Part shown: one piece after another, positions 63,341-64,000 of the stretch | How the letters are laid out: every line of letters starts with the position of its first letter | How positions within the stretch are numbered: position 1 is the first letter of the stretch | DNA from: Torpedo marmorata | Taxonomy: Eukaryota | NCBI GenBank assembly: GCA_977017645.1 | Contig: OZ360234.1 | Span: forward strand, 18,414,001 to 18,478,000 | DNA length: 64,000 nt | Direction: 5' to 3' | The notes under the pieces: generated by a model | Database searches by the model: none | What the model was told of the DNA's origin: nothing | Seen by the model: the letters and a program-made list of their open reading frames with translations, nothing else | Program-made: the position numbers and the translations under genes

Positions 63341-64000
63341 ATGGAATCCAACGATTCTCTTGTCTTTGTATCCTTGACAATAAAATACTAATGCCCAAAT
63401 GTCACATGCATTCAGTGCACAATGGTTAATCTGTTGGGACAAAACAGGAGGTGGAATAATCTTGTGATATTTCCTCCCATTTTCCATTACCACCAAGATG
63501 TCTCATTGAATCAATCAGCCACCACAACACTGTGTCCTGCCCTGGAAGTGATAAAGAGGGTGACACAAAATCAACCACAAGATAAAAATAGTTCTTTCCA
63601 TTGGAATACCAACAATCACAGAGAGGTTCATCAACAACATTCAAAAAGAGGCTGCACCGTTAACAGAATTAAATCTCTTCCTTGATAGCCAGATTAACTT
63701 TTCACCTATTTTTCTACACTTGTCTGGCTAAGATACCAACAACCTTTCAGCACTGTGCCTCAGTACACATTCTTTACCTTTGAATGTTTATCAGCTATTT
63801 AATTGTAGAGGATTGATGCTGGACTTCTGGACTGAGCCACTGAATAATAATCCTGAATGATATTAGTGACAGATATTTTCTGTCATTTTGGACTCGAGAT
63901 GCTGAAGCCAATTCAAGCACCTGTACTGATTGAGATCAATGGACTGTACACAGGCCACCAAGGGCTCTTGATCTCTACCACATTAGGTAGTATAGAACCC

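Overview
Vertebrate genomic DNA, most likely from a cartilaginous fish (inferred from HE1/V-SINE-like, Deu-SINE-like, CR1, Rex1/Babar and Penelope repeats). The only host gene found is ephrin-B1 (efnb1, + strand). Three coding exons are present: 51926-52018, 54305-54436 and 58340-58725, the last ending in the YYKV PDZ-binding motif and followed by about 4.4 kb of repeat-poor, probable 3' UTR. I found no upstream efnb1 exon, so the first ~52 kb appear to be one very large intron filled with decayed and often nested transposons. The most unusual observation is a 916-bp TA-flanked Tc1/mariner-type (Tc2/pogo-like) non-autonomous transposon at 36073-36988. It carries a captured piece of a dmrt1-like first exon (MPN... 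start through KKS-R-LPKCARCRNHGFVS of the DM domain). A second TIR element at the window start also holds GC-rich, exon-like cargo. Other notable items are a recently amplified 5S rRNA-derived SINE with a Rex1-like tail (4 copies), a GC-rich non-coding retroelement with a similar tail (2 copies), palindromic Penelope-derived mini-elements with 14-bp TSDs and hammerhead-like cores, and a solo LTR nested in a LINE. Boundaries of old repeats are approximate, and family names come from motif recognition, not database searches.
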